From contig OX597825.1 in assembly GCA_951406725.2 (NCBI GenBank), forward strand, positions 26,722,001-26,786,000: a stretch of DNA of 64,000 nt, written 5' to 3'. The notes below the pieces were generated by a model. It was not told the DNA's origin, made no database searches, and was given only the letters and a program-made list of their open reading frames with translations. Below are positions 25,100 to 38,850 of this stretch, piece after piece. The translations under genes and the position numbers were made by a program. This stretch comes from Octopus vulgaris (Eukaryota). The first letter of the stretch is position 1; each line of letters begins with the position of its first letter.

Positions 25100-26990
25100 A
25101 ACGGCTTTTAATTTACGGTCACTAACAACATGATGCATTAAACCCGAGTGAAACTGAGTTCATTTGCTAAACAATTTTAGACCGAGTAGAGGGAAACGGA
25201 CACACGTTGGAACAAAGCATACACGAGGGACACAAAGTATTAATTGTATGAAAGTAATCTCTCTCTGCAACAAAAATCTGTATACTAACTAAAGGATTAA
25301 AATTTACACCAACACCACGAAGATCTAAACAGAATGAAATTAAAGACAATATTTCGGAATTCTGCAGAAAACAACGACTAACAGGAGCACTAACTAACTA
25401 CAACAACCAGGACGGATCATTGGTTAGAAATAGAAGCAATTATCTCCCACTTAAGGGTAGGGGTAAAACGCCAGATGACATCTGCGACCATAACCAAAAT
25501 TTCCCAGATACTTTCCATTAGCGAAGAGATAATTCAAAACTTAACAATTTAGAATGGAAAAGACTAATTGAACTGCAAAACGAGAAAGAACTGGCAATTA
25601 AAGAAGCAGACAAAGGAAGTGCTGAACTACATCAAAAGTTGCATTAGAGACGATCTAGATATGGTTGAGCACCTACCAAAATAACTATTGAACAAACATT
25701 ATTGGTTCCCTTCGATGTTATCAATCTTTATACCAATATCCCACACGACTATGCAATAAAATTCCGACTGGAAAATAGCCCGAAGAACTTCTGGAACGCA
25801 TAAACCAGGTTTTTGACTTCGTATTTGATGACACCTCGTACTATTGTCAAAAATGTCGAATTGCGATGGGATCGAAAGCAATCCCTGCTCTTGCAAACCT
25901 AATAATGGGATATTTAGAATTCACCATATACGAAGTATCACTAGAAATAAATAGGTATCCATTTCACCATTATATACGAGAGAACTGGAAAAGATATCTG
26001 GATGACCGCTTTATCATTTGGAATGAGACCATTGATAAACTTTTGGAATACAAATCAATACGAAATAATATACACCCTAACATTCAATTTACAATGGAAT
26101 ATAGCAAAGAACAGCCCCCTTTCTTAGATATTATGATAAAACATTCAAAAACCAAATTGTAACTGACATCATAAACTAACGTATTATTTAGCTCATGCCA
26201 CCCGAAACACATCAAAGGAAATATCCCCTTTAATTTGGTGATAAGGTTTTGCACAATAGTGTCTGATTGAAATACTCGGGACGTCCGTCTACAGCACCTA
26301 AGGAAAACACTAAGAGACAATATTCACACTCATATATAGATGATGGAATTAAGCATGTCAAGAAATTAGGCATTAAACACTAATGGAAAAAAAAACGTAA
26401 CACCACATATCATCTCAACGTGCCACCGTATATATCAACCCACAACCCTAGAATCGATAAGGCATACAACACTATTGTACAAATTCTACCTATACGAACT
26501 AAGAATCCAAAAAATGAAAATTCTGAAAACACATTAATTCATCAAATGCAAAAAGGAACAGAAATCGCTGTAAAGACGTCTGACAAATGAGGAGCTTTAC
26601 ACAACGACCACGAAATCAATAGCTAAAAAATGTGGTCTTCCAAACTGTGGAAAATGTCCCGACCTACTGGAAGGCTTGGAATTCCTATTAAAACAAAGGA
26701 AAGATGTTCACAAGGGAAACCAACTTCACTTGAGCTTCCGAGAATCTAATTTATGTTATAACTTGTTCATGTTGTGGACATAACTATGTAGGACAGACAA
26801 GTATGATATTAAAGAGACCCACACTATATAGAAGAAACGGATCCGATTCCCAAAGTACAAATTCCATTGAGTGAACATAGAGTGGTGTGCAGGATATAGC
26901 CAACCAAAATTTGCAGGTTTCCTCATCTACCAATGCAAAGGAATAATTTCTCTACAAGAACGTTAGAATAAAGAAAATTTAATTTTTGAA
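25100..26990 (+). mobile_element. Degenerate Penelope-like element (RT, Cys-rich linker, GIY-YIG), Neptune-like
   Basis: Motifs in order: TKGLKFTPTP, IKEADKGSA, FDVINLYTNIPH, AMGSKAIPALANLIMGYLE, WKRYLDDRFIIW, NIHPNIQFTMEYS..PFLDI, SCHPKHIKGNIPFNL, YISTHNP, KCGLPNCGKC, NLIYVITCSCCGHNYVGQT. Many stops, frameshifts and internal deletions. Confidence 0.92.
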
Positions 26991-28510
26991 AAATACAGAA
27001 AACGCCGAAATATGAATATGGGTTCGAGGTCGTTTTGAATTCTTGGCAGGGAAGAAGAAGGAGGAGGAGAAGACGAATGCGAGGGTGCCATGATAGTAGT
27101 AGGATATTAAATGGTCAATTGCCCTGAAAGTGGTTTGTTGTGGATGGTAGTAGTGATTGATATCTAGAGACATCTCTTTTGAATGTATTGTTTATAAAAA
27201 TGTGCGTAGGTGCTATTCTAAACAGCAGTACTGGTAAAGTTAGGAAGGAGTTGGCAGAGAGGGAGAAGACGAAGAAGAAGAATGAGAACGGGAAGAGAGA
27301 ATAGGGGAGCAATGTAGGTGGTATCATAGTAGTATGATGTTAATTGGTTAAGTGACCTGAAAGTAATTGTTATGGATTAGAGCAGTGATTGGGACTGATT
27401 TTTAATGAATTGTTGGGAATCTCTTGAGTGTATCATTTTTAATATTTGCGTGTGTGGTTGTGTTATTCTAAGGCCGTGGTGGATATGTCGTTTGTTGTAG
27501 ACGCGTTCAAAAGGGGTCTGTATTTTGTAATTAAGAGAGTCTCTTTACTAATTAATTGGCTACAGGTTGTATTGTCCCCGAATTGGTATAAGGGAAAAAT
27601 TCTGAAGCTTGGATTTGTTTTATTGGCTCAAATGTCGATGTTATATTTCTATTTTGGGGAATATTGATGTGGAATATGTGGAAAGACATACATTTACGTG
27701 TGAAACGTTGTCCCTGTTTGAAGAAGAACTCTGATCTCTCAATTATATTGACGCATATCACCTAGTTGGGTCTTTCACATTTCTTTACTGACGGCATCTG
27801 TGTTGTTGTTGAACGTATCCGGGCTTCTGTTAGGAGACTATTCATAGATTTGGGTTGTCTCTTGCTTTTTATGATGGTGTTTGGAGGATTAAGTTCATTC
27901 TGTGGTCCTACTTTTAGTAGGGGGATGTTTTGAAGGATGGTGTCGAAGGCTTCATTGTTAAGAGGGTTGTGTGTGGAGATGTATGGTGGGGCTTTTGTTT
28001 GTAAATCCTTCTTTAATTTGGGATGTCTGAGTTCGTGGATGTTGAGTTGAAGAGCACGTTGAAAGCATATGTCAATCAGTAAAGGTGGGTAGTTCCTGGT
28101 TATGAGTGTTTCATTTAGTTCATGTATTCGTGTATCTAGTGTTTGCTTTAGAAACTATAGTACATATCCATTTTGCTAGGTTGTAGGGGATATTCATTCT
28201 GGGGTGTCTGAGGATGCATTTGAACATTTAACATCTTACTACTACCATGGCACTCCCACATTCTTCTTCTCGTCTTCCTACTGCTTCTCCCCTTCTTCTT
28301 CTTCCCCCTTTTTTTCTTCCCTGCCAATAATTCACAACGACCTCGAACACACAGGTGTAAAAAATGAGAGACAGAGACAGACAGAAACAAGGAAAATGTC
28401 CCTTGCATTTGAACACTATGCAAATATTCTTTCAATTTTTCTAAAATTTAATTGTTTTCCATACTTATAGTTGAAAAATTGTCAATGACTGAAACCAGTA
28501 CTGAAATATA
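26980..28510 (-). mobile_element. Second, related Penelope-like element (thumb to endonuclease) with an inverted copy of its 3' region
   Basis: Minus translation NIPYNLAKWICTIVS...RNYPPLLID...PYISTHNP...IIKSKRQPKS...KKCERPN...FFFKQGQRF...FRIFPLYQ...KETLLITKYRPLLN. 28226-28450 is a diverged reverse complement of about 26980-27112. Confidence 0.85.
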
Positions 28511-28542
28511 TTTTATAAAATTACTTTAGCATTTTCTACCTT

Positions 28543-28580
<38 letters not shown>

Positions 28581-28588
<8 letters not shown>

Positions 28589-30412
28589 GAGTGTATTTTA
28601 CCTTGTTAACAATTAACACGGATAAATGAATGAATAGTTACCAGGGCAGCAAAAATCTCACAAGTAAAGATGTTGTAAGTCCTTGTTTATAAAGGTTGAA
28701 ACTTCGTGTTTACGTTGAATATTAGAATAATATGAATAACAAATGGAGTTAACGCAGGTTTAAACAAGTATTTTTACTTTCTACAAATGTTTCAAAAATT
28801 CCACTGATACTTATTCAAAAGAATAAAAGGTATAAACAATGCAATCTTCTCTTCGGGAAAGTGAAAAACCGAAACTTGTCAATACGACATTTTAGCAAAA
28901 AATGATGGATTCGTATAGCGATAGACAGAACGCTATTAATATCGTTTAAAAAAACGTTATATGATATAACGTCATAAGTAGCTAACAGAAAGAGTAGGAA
29001 TATTAATAGTGAATGTTAAATATAAAGGAAATTAAAGTCTAAACTATATATAATGATAGAGACTACTTATATGCACTAAAAGTATGTTTCTGCCAATGCT
29101 TACATCTGTATGCTCGTTCTATAACCGTGTTTACTAGAGTATTTTTAGAAAAAATAATGAAAAATAGCTCAGAATTGCAGAGAAGACAGAATTTCTTGCC
29201 TTTGTCATATGGTATCGAAATTGAGAGGATCAACCATTCTAAATGAAATTGTTCATTGTGGTCTTTTAAATCCCAAATCAGTTTGCTGAGACCGGTACTA
29301 TTCCGTTTATTTCTATCCCTAAATGTTGACTAATGGATAGAAATTCTCTTAGATAACTCTAACGATGTGCTTCCAATGTAAAATCGTACTTTATTACGAG
29401 TACTGATTATACACTGGTATATAGAAATTTTAATCTTAGAGTTACTTGACATAAATTTAATTCTATTGGCATTGACTTCATATACAATAACCTTGTTATT
29501 AATATTTCTAGAGGGTTGGGTGGTAGTAGCTAAATTAATGTTAGTATTAGTAAATGTATTAATATTTAACAGTTTGTTATCAGTTAAGAATATTTCATTT
29601 AGATTATCTAAATTATCTGCTAATGTTGATATTTTCAATAATAACGCTGAATTCTATAACTCTGCCTTAATCAAAGCAGGTTATACAGAAAAAAATTTCT
29701 ACATAGATTCTGCTCAGTCTAATTGTAAATTCAATAATGTAGATAAGATTTCTAGTCGTAAAAGAATTATTGATAACAAACATAACTTACGCACCTATAC
29801 AAAGCGAATGAAGGCAGATAACCCTTATTTATTCCCAAATAAACGGAATAGTACCGGTCTCAGCAAACTGGTTTGGGATTTAAAAGACCACAATGAACAA
29901 TTTCATTTAGAATGGTTGATCCTCTCAATTTCGATACCATATGACAAAGGCAAGAAATTCTGTCTTCTCTGCAATTCTGAGCTATTTTTCATTATTTTTT
30001 CTAAAAATACTCTAGTAAACACGGTTATAGAACGAGCATACAGATGTAAGCATTGGCAGAAACATACTTTTAGTGCATATAAGTAGTCTCTATCATTATA
30101 TATAGTTTAGACTTTAATTTCCTTTATATTTAACATTCACTATTAATATCCCTACTCTTTCTGTTAGCTACTTATGACGCTATATCATATAACTTTTTTT
30201 TAAACGATATTAATACCGTTCTGTCTATCGCTATACGAATCCATCATTTTTTGCTAAAATGTCGTATTGACAAGTTTCTTTTTTTCACTTTCCCGAAGAG
30301 AAGATTGCATTGTTTATACCTTTTGTTCTTTTGAATAAGTATCAGTGGAATTTTTGAAACATATGTAGAAAGTAAAAATACTTGTTTAAACCTGCGTCAA
30401 CTCCATTTTTTA

Positions 30413-30419
<7 letters not shown>
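28581..30419. mobile_element. Young Penelope-like insertion in fold-back (inverted pLTR) form
   Basis: Arms 28730-29312 and 29837-30419 (about 583 bp, about 98% identical by eye). Minus strand encodes GIY-YIG IYQCIISTRNKVRFYIGST...RISIH...STGLSKLIWDLK...FCLLCNSE. The + strand spacer has thumb-like RLSKLSANVDIFNNNAEFYNSALIKAGY. (TA)n on both sides. Confidence 0.93.
30287..30373 (+). ncRNA. Hammerhead motif of the pLTR (core variant CCGAAGA); mirror copy at about 28776-28862 (-)
   Basis: ACTTTC-CCGAAGA-GAAGATT...AATTTTT-GAAA-CATATG-TA-GAAAGT. Confidence 0.7.
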
Positions 30420-30478
<59 letters not shown>

Positions 30479-30560
30479 CATTTGTTTTTATTTTTGGTCT
30501 GTCATTTATATTCATCCATTCGATTCTCAATGACCAACTGAAATTTAACCACGAGAAAGG

Positions 30561-30651
30561 AACCCTGAGGAAGAAGATGTTTTTATACAGGGAGTTGAAT
30601 TTGGATTATTTCCTATGGCCCCATAACACTTTTCTGAATCGGTTATAGGTT
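30561..30651 (+). ncRNA. Decayed hammerhead-like motif in an insert between (TA)n tracts
   Basis: AACC-CTGAGGA-AGAAGATGTT...AACACTTTTCT-GAAT(for GAAA)-CGGTTA-TA-GGTT. Confidence 0.45.
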
Positions 30652-30984
30652 GGATTGATCCTTTCAATCACCTCCTTTAATCTATTCTATATATATTTTC
30701 TACATTCATGGTACTCCTCATAATTTTTTATGTTTTTTTTTTCTTTATTGTTTATGTTTATATTATTATTTTTCTATATTTTTATCATCTATGTCTTAAT
30801 GTAAATATGTAGTTATTTAAATAGAATAATATCTCATGTCATACATGAATTTGCTAGTCTGAATGTTTAAGACAAACTATCTGAAATTTTTAGCGTATAC
30901 CAAATTTTATTAATCTTTAATTCATATACAAGCGAAAAAACAGCTGTACTATATACTGGAGACTTGTCTCCATTACCATTTTCG

Positions 30985-31092
<108 letters not shown>

Positions 31093-31263
31093 TATTAGGG
31101 AATAAATCCAAATTTACAGGGAAAAAAATCAGATTTAGGATTAAATCCAATTTTATAGTAAAATATTATAAAATATTATTAGAGACAAAACCACTATTTT
31201 GCAAAACAAACAAGGAAAGACTTAATCAATACATAAAATTTTAATAAATAGTCAAAAAAAACG

Positions 31264-31306
31264 CCACTACAATTGTTTCTTGTCTTGATCGACAATCTTC
31301 AGGTGG
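31264..31306 (-). ncRNA. Minimal type-I hammerhead ribozyme (left arm)
   Basis: Reverse complement of 31369-31411. Confidence 0.85.
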
Positions 31307-31368
31307 ACTTCCAATAAGTCAGTTTCAAATTATGAAATTATGAAATTTGAAACTGACTTATTGGAAGT

Positions 31369-31411
31369 CCACCTGAAGATTGTCGATCAAGACAAGAAAC
31401 AATTGTAGTGG
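31369..31411 (+). ncRNA. Minimal type-I hammerhead ribozyme (right arm)
   Basis: CCAC-CTGAAGA-TTGTC-GATCAA-GACAA-GAAA-CAATTG-TA-GTGG. Confidence 0.88.
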
Positions 31412-31499
31412 CGGTTTTTTTGACTATTTATTAAAATTTTATGTATTGATTAAGTCTTTCCTTGTTTGTTTTGCAAAATAGTGGTTTTGTCTCTAATAA

Positions 31500-31557
<58 letters not shown>

Positions 31558-31615
31558 TATATATGTATGTAGGTAAATGAATGTATATGTGAACAAATAC
31601 ATACATAGGAAAGTA

Positions 31616-31730
31616 GATAGACAGTTACATAGGTAATACAAACAAAAGCACACACAAAAGGAGATCGAACCATATACATACACACACTCCACACGCGCAT
31701 ACTCACAAAAACATATGGAGACACATATCT
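31616..31730 (+). repeat. Unclassified CA-rich dispersed repeat (second copy about 49436-49575)
   Basis: Shared ordered blocks GATAGACAG.TACATAGGTAATA, GAGA..GAACCATATACA, CACTCCACAC and CATA.GGAGACACA.ATC. Confidence 0.7.
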
Positions 31731-32089
31731 ATACATAACATACGAAAATACATAGTCACACAAAACCATACGCGTACACAGAGGTACACACACATATACA
31801 TACACATGCACAAAATCGCACAAATATGAATATACAGAATACATATATATATATACATAAATTCGTACATACACGCATGCATACATGCATACATATATTC
31901 ATACTCACATACATACATAAATACATACATACATACATACATAAATATGTGCATACACAAGCGCACATGCATATTGACGGTCACACATGAGCAGAAACCA
32001 AAAAGAATGCAGCTCTAATAACAGACAGAGTCAACATCCATTAACGGGTAGAGTCAATTTGAAAGGCATAAAGCCAGGTCATAATAACA

Positions 32090-32310
32090 TTTCTTCAGTA
32101 TCGGATTCCAAAGGGCAAACATATAGAAGAAACTTGAATAATATCTGTCACTTGTGGTTGAAACCCTGTCAGTTGGCAACTGGTCTTAAATGTCATCTGA
32201 GGGCTCATCAACGGAGTGATTGTATTGGGTGATGGGAAGTAGTTAGGTTAGTGTGTGTGTGTGTGTGTGCTGATGGGACGGTTATCACCTGTCAAGCTGA
32301 AACAATCATC

Positions 32311-32311
<1 letters not shown>
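32090..32311 (+). mobile_element. RTE-like LINE 3' end
   Basis: NICHLWLKPCQLATGLKCHLRAH, a degenerate C2H2 finger typical of RTE ORF C-termini. Short UTR ending ATCATCAT. Confidence 0.55.
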
Positions 32312-32346
<35 letters not shown>

Positions 32347-33858
32347 TTCTTTGTTTAATTTTCAAAAGCTTGTGCTATGTGTTGCATTGTGTCACAAAAT
32401 CTACATTTTTGGCCGTTTTTCTACAAATCGTTTCACCTGTAGTTATTGCTAATGACTATGCACGCCAAATATTTAAAAAGTAAAACTTACTGCTTAACCA
32501 TTTTGACGACATTACAATAAGGATTGAATCATTCCCAAAGACTGCATATAACGCAAACGTGTCACCGCCCCTTCATGAAATAAAATAATAAGTTTTCACA
32601 CAGATACTGAACAGAATGAAAAGTCTGAAGCCGTAAGTTTGATCGTGAATTATACCTGTCATATAAAATAATTTGTTAAGCGACATACTTACTGTGTATG
32701 TGTGTGCACTTGCTTGCGTGCGTATGTGTGTGTGTGTGAAACGGTTATCTGCACATCTATCTATCTATCAATCTATCTCACCCTCTCTGTCTCTCTATTT
32801 ATCTATATATATGCATGTATATATTCATACATAAATACATACATACAAACATACATATATATGGCGGTATGCATACAATTAACAATTCGCAAACAACCCA
32901 TTACTTCGTTACCTACATGTTTAACTCAATGACTAACAATTATGTAGTGACACTGTACCAGTGCGTATCATTATTATTAGTGGATTAGTGGTGTGATGAC
33001 CGTCCCAATATGCAAAAAGCTCTTCATATATTCTCCGTACATTTCCATCTGTGTGTGTGTTTATTTCTGAAAGTGCGCACATCTCTCTACACACGTTTTT
33101 GTTTAAGCATGCATATCCTTGAACACAAACACATGCCTTTAAACCTATGTTTTCATATGCACACATAGTTTCGTATTGAGAATTGCTGTCCGTCCCCATT
33201 ATTTCTCGTATGCTGACCTTCACCTTTGCCTACAGCGCCCATAATTTTATCGTGACATAGTCGGATTGCCAATCATGAAATTCCAGCTTTTCAAGCTTCA
33301 CTATATGTATTATAAGAGCTGCCCTCCAACTACCACTCCACACGCGACACTGTGACCGGTCAAGTAGTCCAGTTACGGAAATATCTGGTGTTGCGTGACA
33401 TTGAAATTGAAACTTTGGCATGAAACGTCTTATGAGACATCCAACTGCTGTTATTCTACGGCCACTTTTCCTATTTTGGTCAGTGATTCGAAGGATTATG
33501 TCAGATTTGATGTCCATTTATTTCTACAAAATATTCTTTAACAACGAATAGCATTGAGCCTAACTTTTGCCTCTTTCAATTTCTGTTTCTCTGTTTTCCT
33601 CTCCCTCTCCTCTACCCTCTCTCTCCCTATCTATATATATATATGTGTATGTATATATATATATAGAGAGAGAGATATAAACATATGCATACACACACGC
33701 ACACATATCTATATTCTTACATATATACATATAGGTGCATATATAAATTTATATAAATAAGGATAAGATCGTTATTTAAATACCGATCTTGTCAGGTGGC
33801 CAGCATGGGAATAAAAATCTTGTATATATATATATATAATATGACCATTCCGAAATAT

Positions 33859-33912
<54 letters not shown>

Positions 33913-33952
33913 TATCTATACACATACATACATACATACATACATACATACA

Positions 33953-34039
<87 letters not shown>

Positions 34040-35137
34040 CCAGATTACCAAATGTTTTTATAACCCGCTGGTCATAATGCGCAACCCGTTAGTTAAGACA
34101 GTAGATCCTCTGCAGAAACTTTGTCCGTTAAGGTGTTACTTACAACTGATTGCAGCGGAGCAATCCTTTTTTTTATCCGTATCACTATTCTCAGACTGGA
34201 AGCAACGATCCTATAACTGTAAAGGCAATACGCTAACCACTAAATAACGACAGGACTTCGCATATCATTACACATACACACACAGAGATCCCCGACACAC
34301 ACGCGCATACATATATGTATGACTTTGTCTTGATATTGTGGTCAAGTAATTTTGCACTTGTAAGTAAAAGGAAAATGATATGTTTGGATACAATATCATT
34401 TATTGTAAACAATCTAACGAGACCACACGCATTATGAATTAATTACAAATTCCCCTGGAGAAATGCAGTGGAATTTTCTATAATATTTCGTAAATATATC
34501 CAGAGCTGCTTATAATACAACCTTAATAATGCATAAGCTTTTCATTCGTTATTTAATATGAAAGGGAGCTACTCTCGAAGATACGAGAAAAACAAAATGA
34601 TTCATTGTGTCACATTAAAAAACACAAAAGATCTATATTATTACAGTGCAGAGGTGTAGATTAGCTGTGAAATGAATATACAGTTAAATGAATAAACTGT
34701 GAAATGAATTAGAAGTGAAATGAATAAACTGGCCGCTCGGCGAAAACTTGAACATACATCTTAGATGTAAAACATTATAATTGTTCATCTGTGATATTCG
34801 TATCATTACTTCTAATGACAACAACATCGGTCTAGCATGATTAATTGTAGCGTGTTGCTGATAATACCACTAATGAGATTGTTACAAATGGTGACAATGA
34901 TAAACCTAATGATGAATTAGCATACTTATAACGATGTTCATACTGGTTCAGACTATATTTACGTCCATGGCAATAATTATAATTATGATGATAATAACTA
35001 ATTATCTTTTATAAATTAGACAAGTGCTACTTCCACGCCTACATACACGCATATATGGAGAAATTCATATGCTTGTATGTGTGTGTATGTATGCATGTAT
35101 GTATCTATATATATATGTCTGTATATATGTGTGTCTA

Positions 35138-35193
<56 letters not shown>

Positions 35194-35205
35194 CATATAT
35201 ATGCA

Positions 35206-35238
<33 letters not shown>

Positions 35239-35712
35239 TTATGTATGTATGTATGTATGTATGTGTGTGTGTGAGGTTTTTCGGCTGATGATCATAAGGT
35301 TATGATTTCGATTCCCAATGTCACATTGCGCCGTTCATCAACATGCTGTGTGTATGTATGTATATGAGAGAGAGAGAGAGAGTGTGTGTGTATGTGTGTG
35401 TATGGATTAATGTTTGGATGTTTCTTTAATTTTCAAATTATAAGTCTTCCTTAAAGGAAGGAGTTGGTTAATTAAAAATATAAAAGCTCTATCAGTGAAA
35501 TTTAGACAACGGAAACAATGCCACATTTTGAATTTGAAGGATGTCTTGTATGAATTTTGTATCTCGTTTATAGATCGTATTCCTTACATGTATGTTAGCC
35601 GGTTGATTATTTTGCTGAATACCATAGCTTCTAAAGATTCACTTAAGCATTTAGTAGCAAAATCAAGTTTAACAATTATATTCTGTATGTATGTATGTAT
35701 GTATAAATGTAA

Positions 35713-35950
<238 letters not shown>

Positions 35951-37159
35951 GTAGCTATTTATGTATATATATATATGTCCTTTGTTCTGTTTTAGTTTCA
36001 CTTTAGAAAAAAATATTCACACCAAGCTCTCACCTCTGTAGTACTCCATCCTTTTCTAGTGTTTCCTGTACAACTATGATATATACATTTGTGCTATGTG
36101 TGAATAGGAGACGATTTGATGGAGATGTACATCCAATATTCTCATTGTTGATGTTTATGCATTTCTTCAATAATAGTGGGGATCACAATAGTTATGCCAA
36201 AACAGTCTAATTTTCGAATGGAATAATTTACTCATTTACCGACAACACCACGTGACATTGAGAGGTAATGCATTGACATTCTGGAGCAGACGCTGATCAA
36301 ATTCGTTATGTTCTCTTGAGAAATTTCACAATTGACATTTTCAATTGCATCTTGGGGTTCCAAGAGCTTCAATGTCTGCTTAGATTAGATGGCATTTTTT
36401 GCTATTATATGCTCATGAATTGCAGACGCCTAACTTTTGACTCGTGATGTAATGTTGCAGTTAAGAATCATACCAATACAAAGTTTATTATTTTAAGTAT
36501 AGGAGCCAGTTCGTCAGGAAGCTAGTAGTGTTGGATCGTTCAGTATCAACACGTAGAAAAGTCGGTTTTCCTATCGATTTTCATGACTAGTTTTATGTAT
36601 GTGTCTTTGATACTGTTGTTCATTAGGTGCTGTTTGTGAAATACTAAACGGTATTCGAAGCCTGTCTCCAGTATCTGAAGCGTCTACTTCCTTCATTTCT
36701 TCTGAGGAAAAACCTATCGATATATCTTCTCGGATTTTGCAGTCATGTCAGGATCTTGTGAGTTACAATTCAAGAAGTAAATTGAAGACGCTTGACTGAA
36801 CGTTAAAAGAAAATTTACTTCCTAAACTACAAAGATCCTCAGAAGCGATGAATAAGATAGAGGCATACTGAGTTATTGTCTTGTAGGAAAAGAAGAATTC
36901 TTTCTGCACTATTTTTCTTAGTCTGATTTAACGTGCTCGGGACAGTTTGCTGCACCACCGTATCGTATCTTTACGCAGAAACCTAAGTATTTTTAGCATT
37001 CTTTGTTGGACCAGGAGAGATACAGGGACTGTTGACATACAAATTTCTGTGACAAATGTTCCAAGTTAAAGATTCAAACATATATCCACCTGTGTGAGTG
37101 TATGTGTGTGTGTATGTGCCAGTCTGGTGTCTGTGTGTGTAAAGGATATACATATATAT

Positions 37160-37385
37160 GCCGAGGTGGCAAAATCGTTAGCACGCCGGCCGAAATGCTT
37201 AGCAGCATTTCGTCTGCGGCTACGTTCTGAGTTCAAATTCCGCCGAGGTCGACTTTGCATTTCATTCTTTCGGGGTCAATTAAATAAGTACCAGTTACGC
37301 ACTGGGGTCGATATAATCGACTTAATCCGTTTGTCTGTCCTTGTTTGCCCTCTCTGCATTTAGCCCCTTTTGGGTAGTAAAGACA
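37160..37385 (+). mobile_element. SINE family B copy
   Basis: Colinear with 20251-20476. Confidence 0.93.
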
Positions 37386-37765
37386 TTTATTAATATATAT
37401 ATATTAAATGTATAGGTATATATGTATATTTATTTACATCTGTGTGTGTGTCTGTGTATTCGTAGTTGGTGAGTTAGTTATCTAGTTAGTTAATTTCTTA
37501 CAATGTCAATTACTGTGTATATTAAGCTTTGGTAAATTTGATAATTTGTTATGTCGGATATCGGTAGAAATATTGAATAAGTTTTACATTTGCAAATCAT
37601 GACTTACTAGCGAATTACCTGTAAATCAGACGAATTTTTCCTACAATTGCATAGAAGAGACAATAAAACCTGTTAGACATTAATATACTAATTCCTAATA
37701 TATTTACGACACACACAAACCCACACACATACATACACACACACACAACCATACGTATATTTATG

Positions 37766-37797
<32 letters not shown>

Positions 37798-37843
37798 CAC
37801 ACATACAGACATATATATATAGATGTGTGTGTGTATACATATA

Positions 37844-37910
<67 letters not shown>

Positions 37911-38767
37911 ACTATATATACATACGTATATATTTTATATATGTTTAGGTATGCATACGTATACACCAACACACATTCAAACACATACGTGTAGGCATGG
38001 ACACACAGGCACACACATATCCCTAGTGTGATATAGTCAGTAACACTGCCATGAACGTTGCTCTGGATACCTGATAAGTTCTCGTCTGTTGTTTTATGAT
38101 TCTTTATTAATTTATATGGTCGTTGCTTTGATGGTTATCTTGTTTAATATTGTCTGCTATTCGCTGCCTCGTTTGCAATATTCATACCACTATCCAACTA
38201 AGTATTTTTACTGATGTATGAGCAGCTGCTATATTAGCTAATGTGCTACGATTTGAAACATATCTTTAAATTACTTTAGTGAGTGTCGAACGGTGAGAAT
38301 AAAAATTTAGCATAGTTGGTGCTGAAATCGTCTGAAGACTCTGGAAGCAAATACTAGTGAGAATTTAGGGAGACATATCACTGATACAGCTATCATATTC
38401 TTGCCAATATTAAGAAAATATAATTAAAGAAAATATTTAAGAAACTGTGATTTAGCGATTATTGAGAATACTATGCTTTGATTTGTATCTTAAATAAACT
38501 AAACTGTAGTTGTGTCCTAGTCAATTTCCACAACATCTTAGTTAAATCGTTTAGAAATATCAACCAGGTAAAATTCGTTCGCACATTGCAATATTTCAAA
38601 CATTGTGGGAAGTATAGTGTTATGTACAACTATACGAGTTTAAGCATGTTGCTGCTAAATATGATAGAGTTAAATTAAAATTAAACAGAACAGAAACAAT
38701 AAAATGACAGAGACCCTTGGTCAAATACGTTTAAATTTGTAGGGATACAGCCATGGTCAAATTAGTC

Positions 38768-38850
38768 TATATTTGAAGGAATATATCCTCCCCAAATTTC
38801 TACAAGAAATTCGCTTATATTTGTAGGAACATATCCTCACCAAATTTCTA
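38768..38850. repeat. Local 35-bp direct duplication, period 48 bp
   Basis: TATATTTGAAGGAATATATCCTCCCCAAATTTCTA versus TATATTTGTAGGAACATATCCTCACCAAATTTCTA. Confidence 0.8.

Larger units (their letters stand above)
31171..31504. repeat. Inverted repeat with 161-bp arms and a 12-nt spacer
   Basis: 31171-31331 is the reverse complement of 31344-31504 with one substitution. Embedded in (TA)n. Confidence 0.97.

Noticed and set aside
29466-30086. 206-aa ORF as a genuine gene
   Set aside because: Chimera across PLE inversion junctions: antisense sequence, thumb fragment and endonuclease C-terminus lacking the GIY-YIG motifs.
33230-33517. 95-aa non-repetitive minus ORF
   Set aside because: No recognisable motif in the frames read and no clear splice signals.
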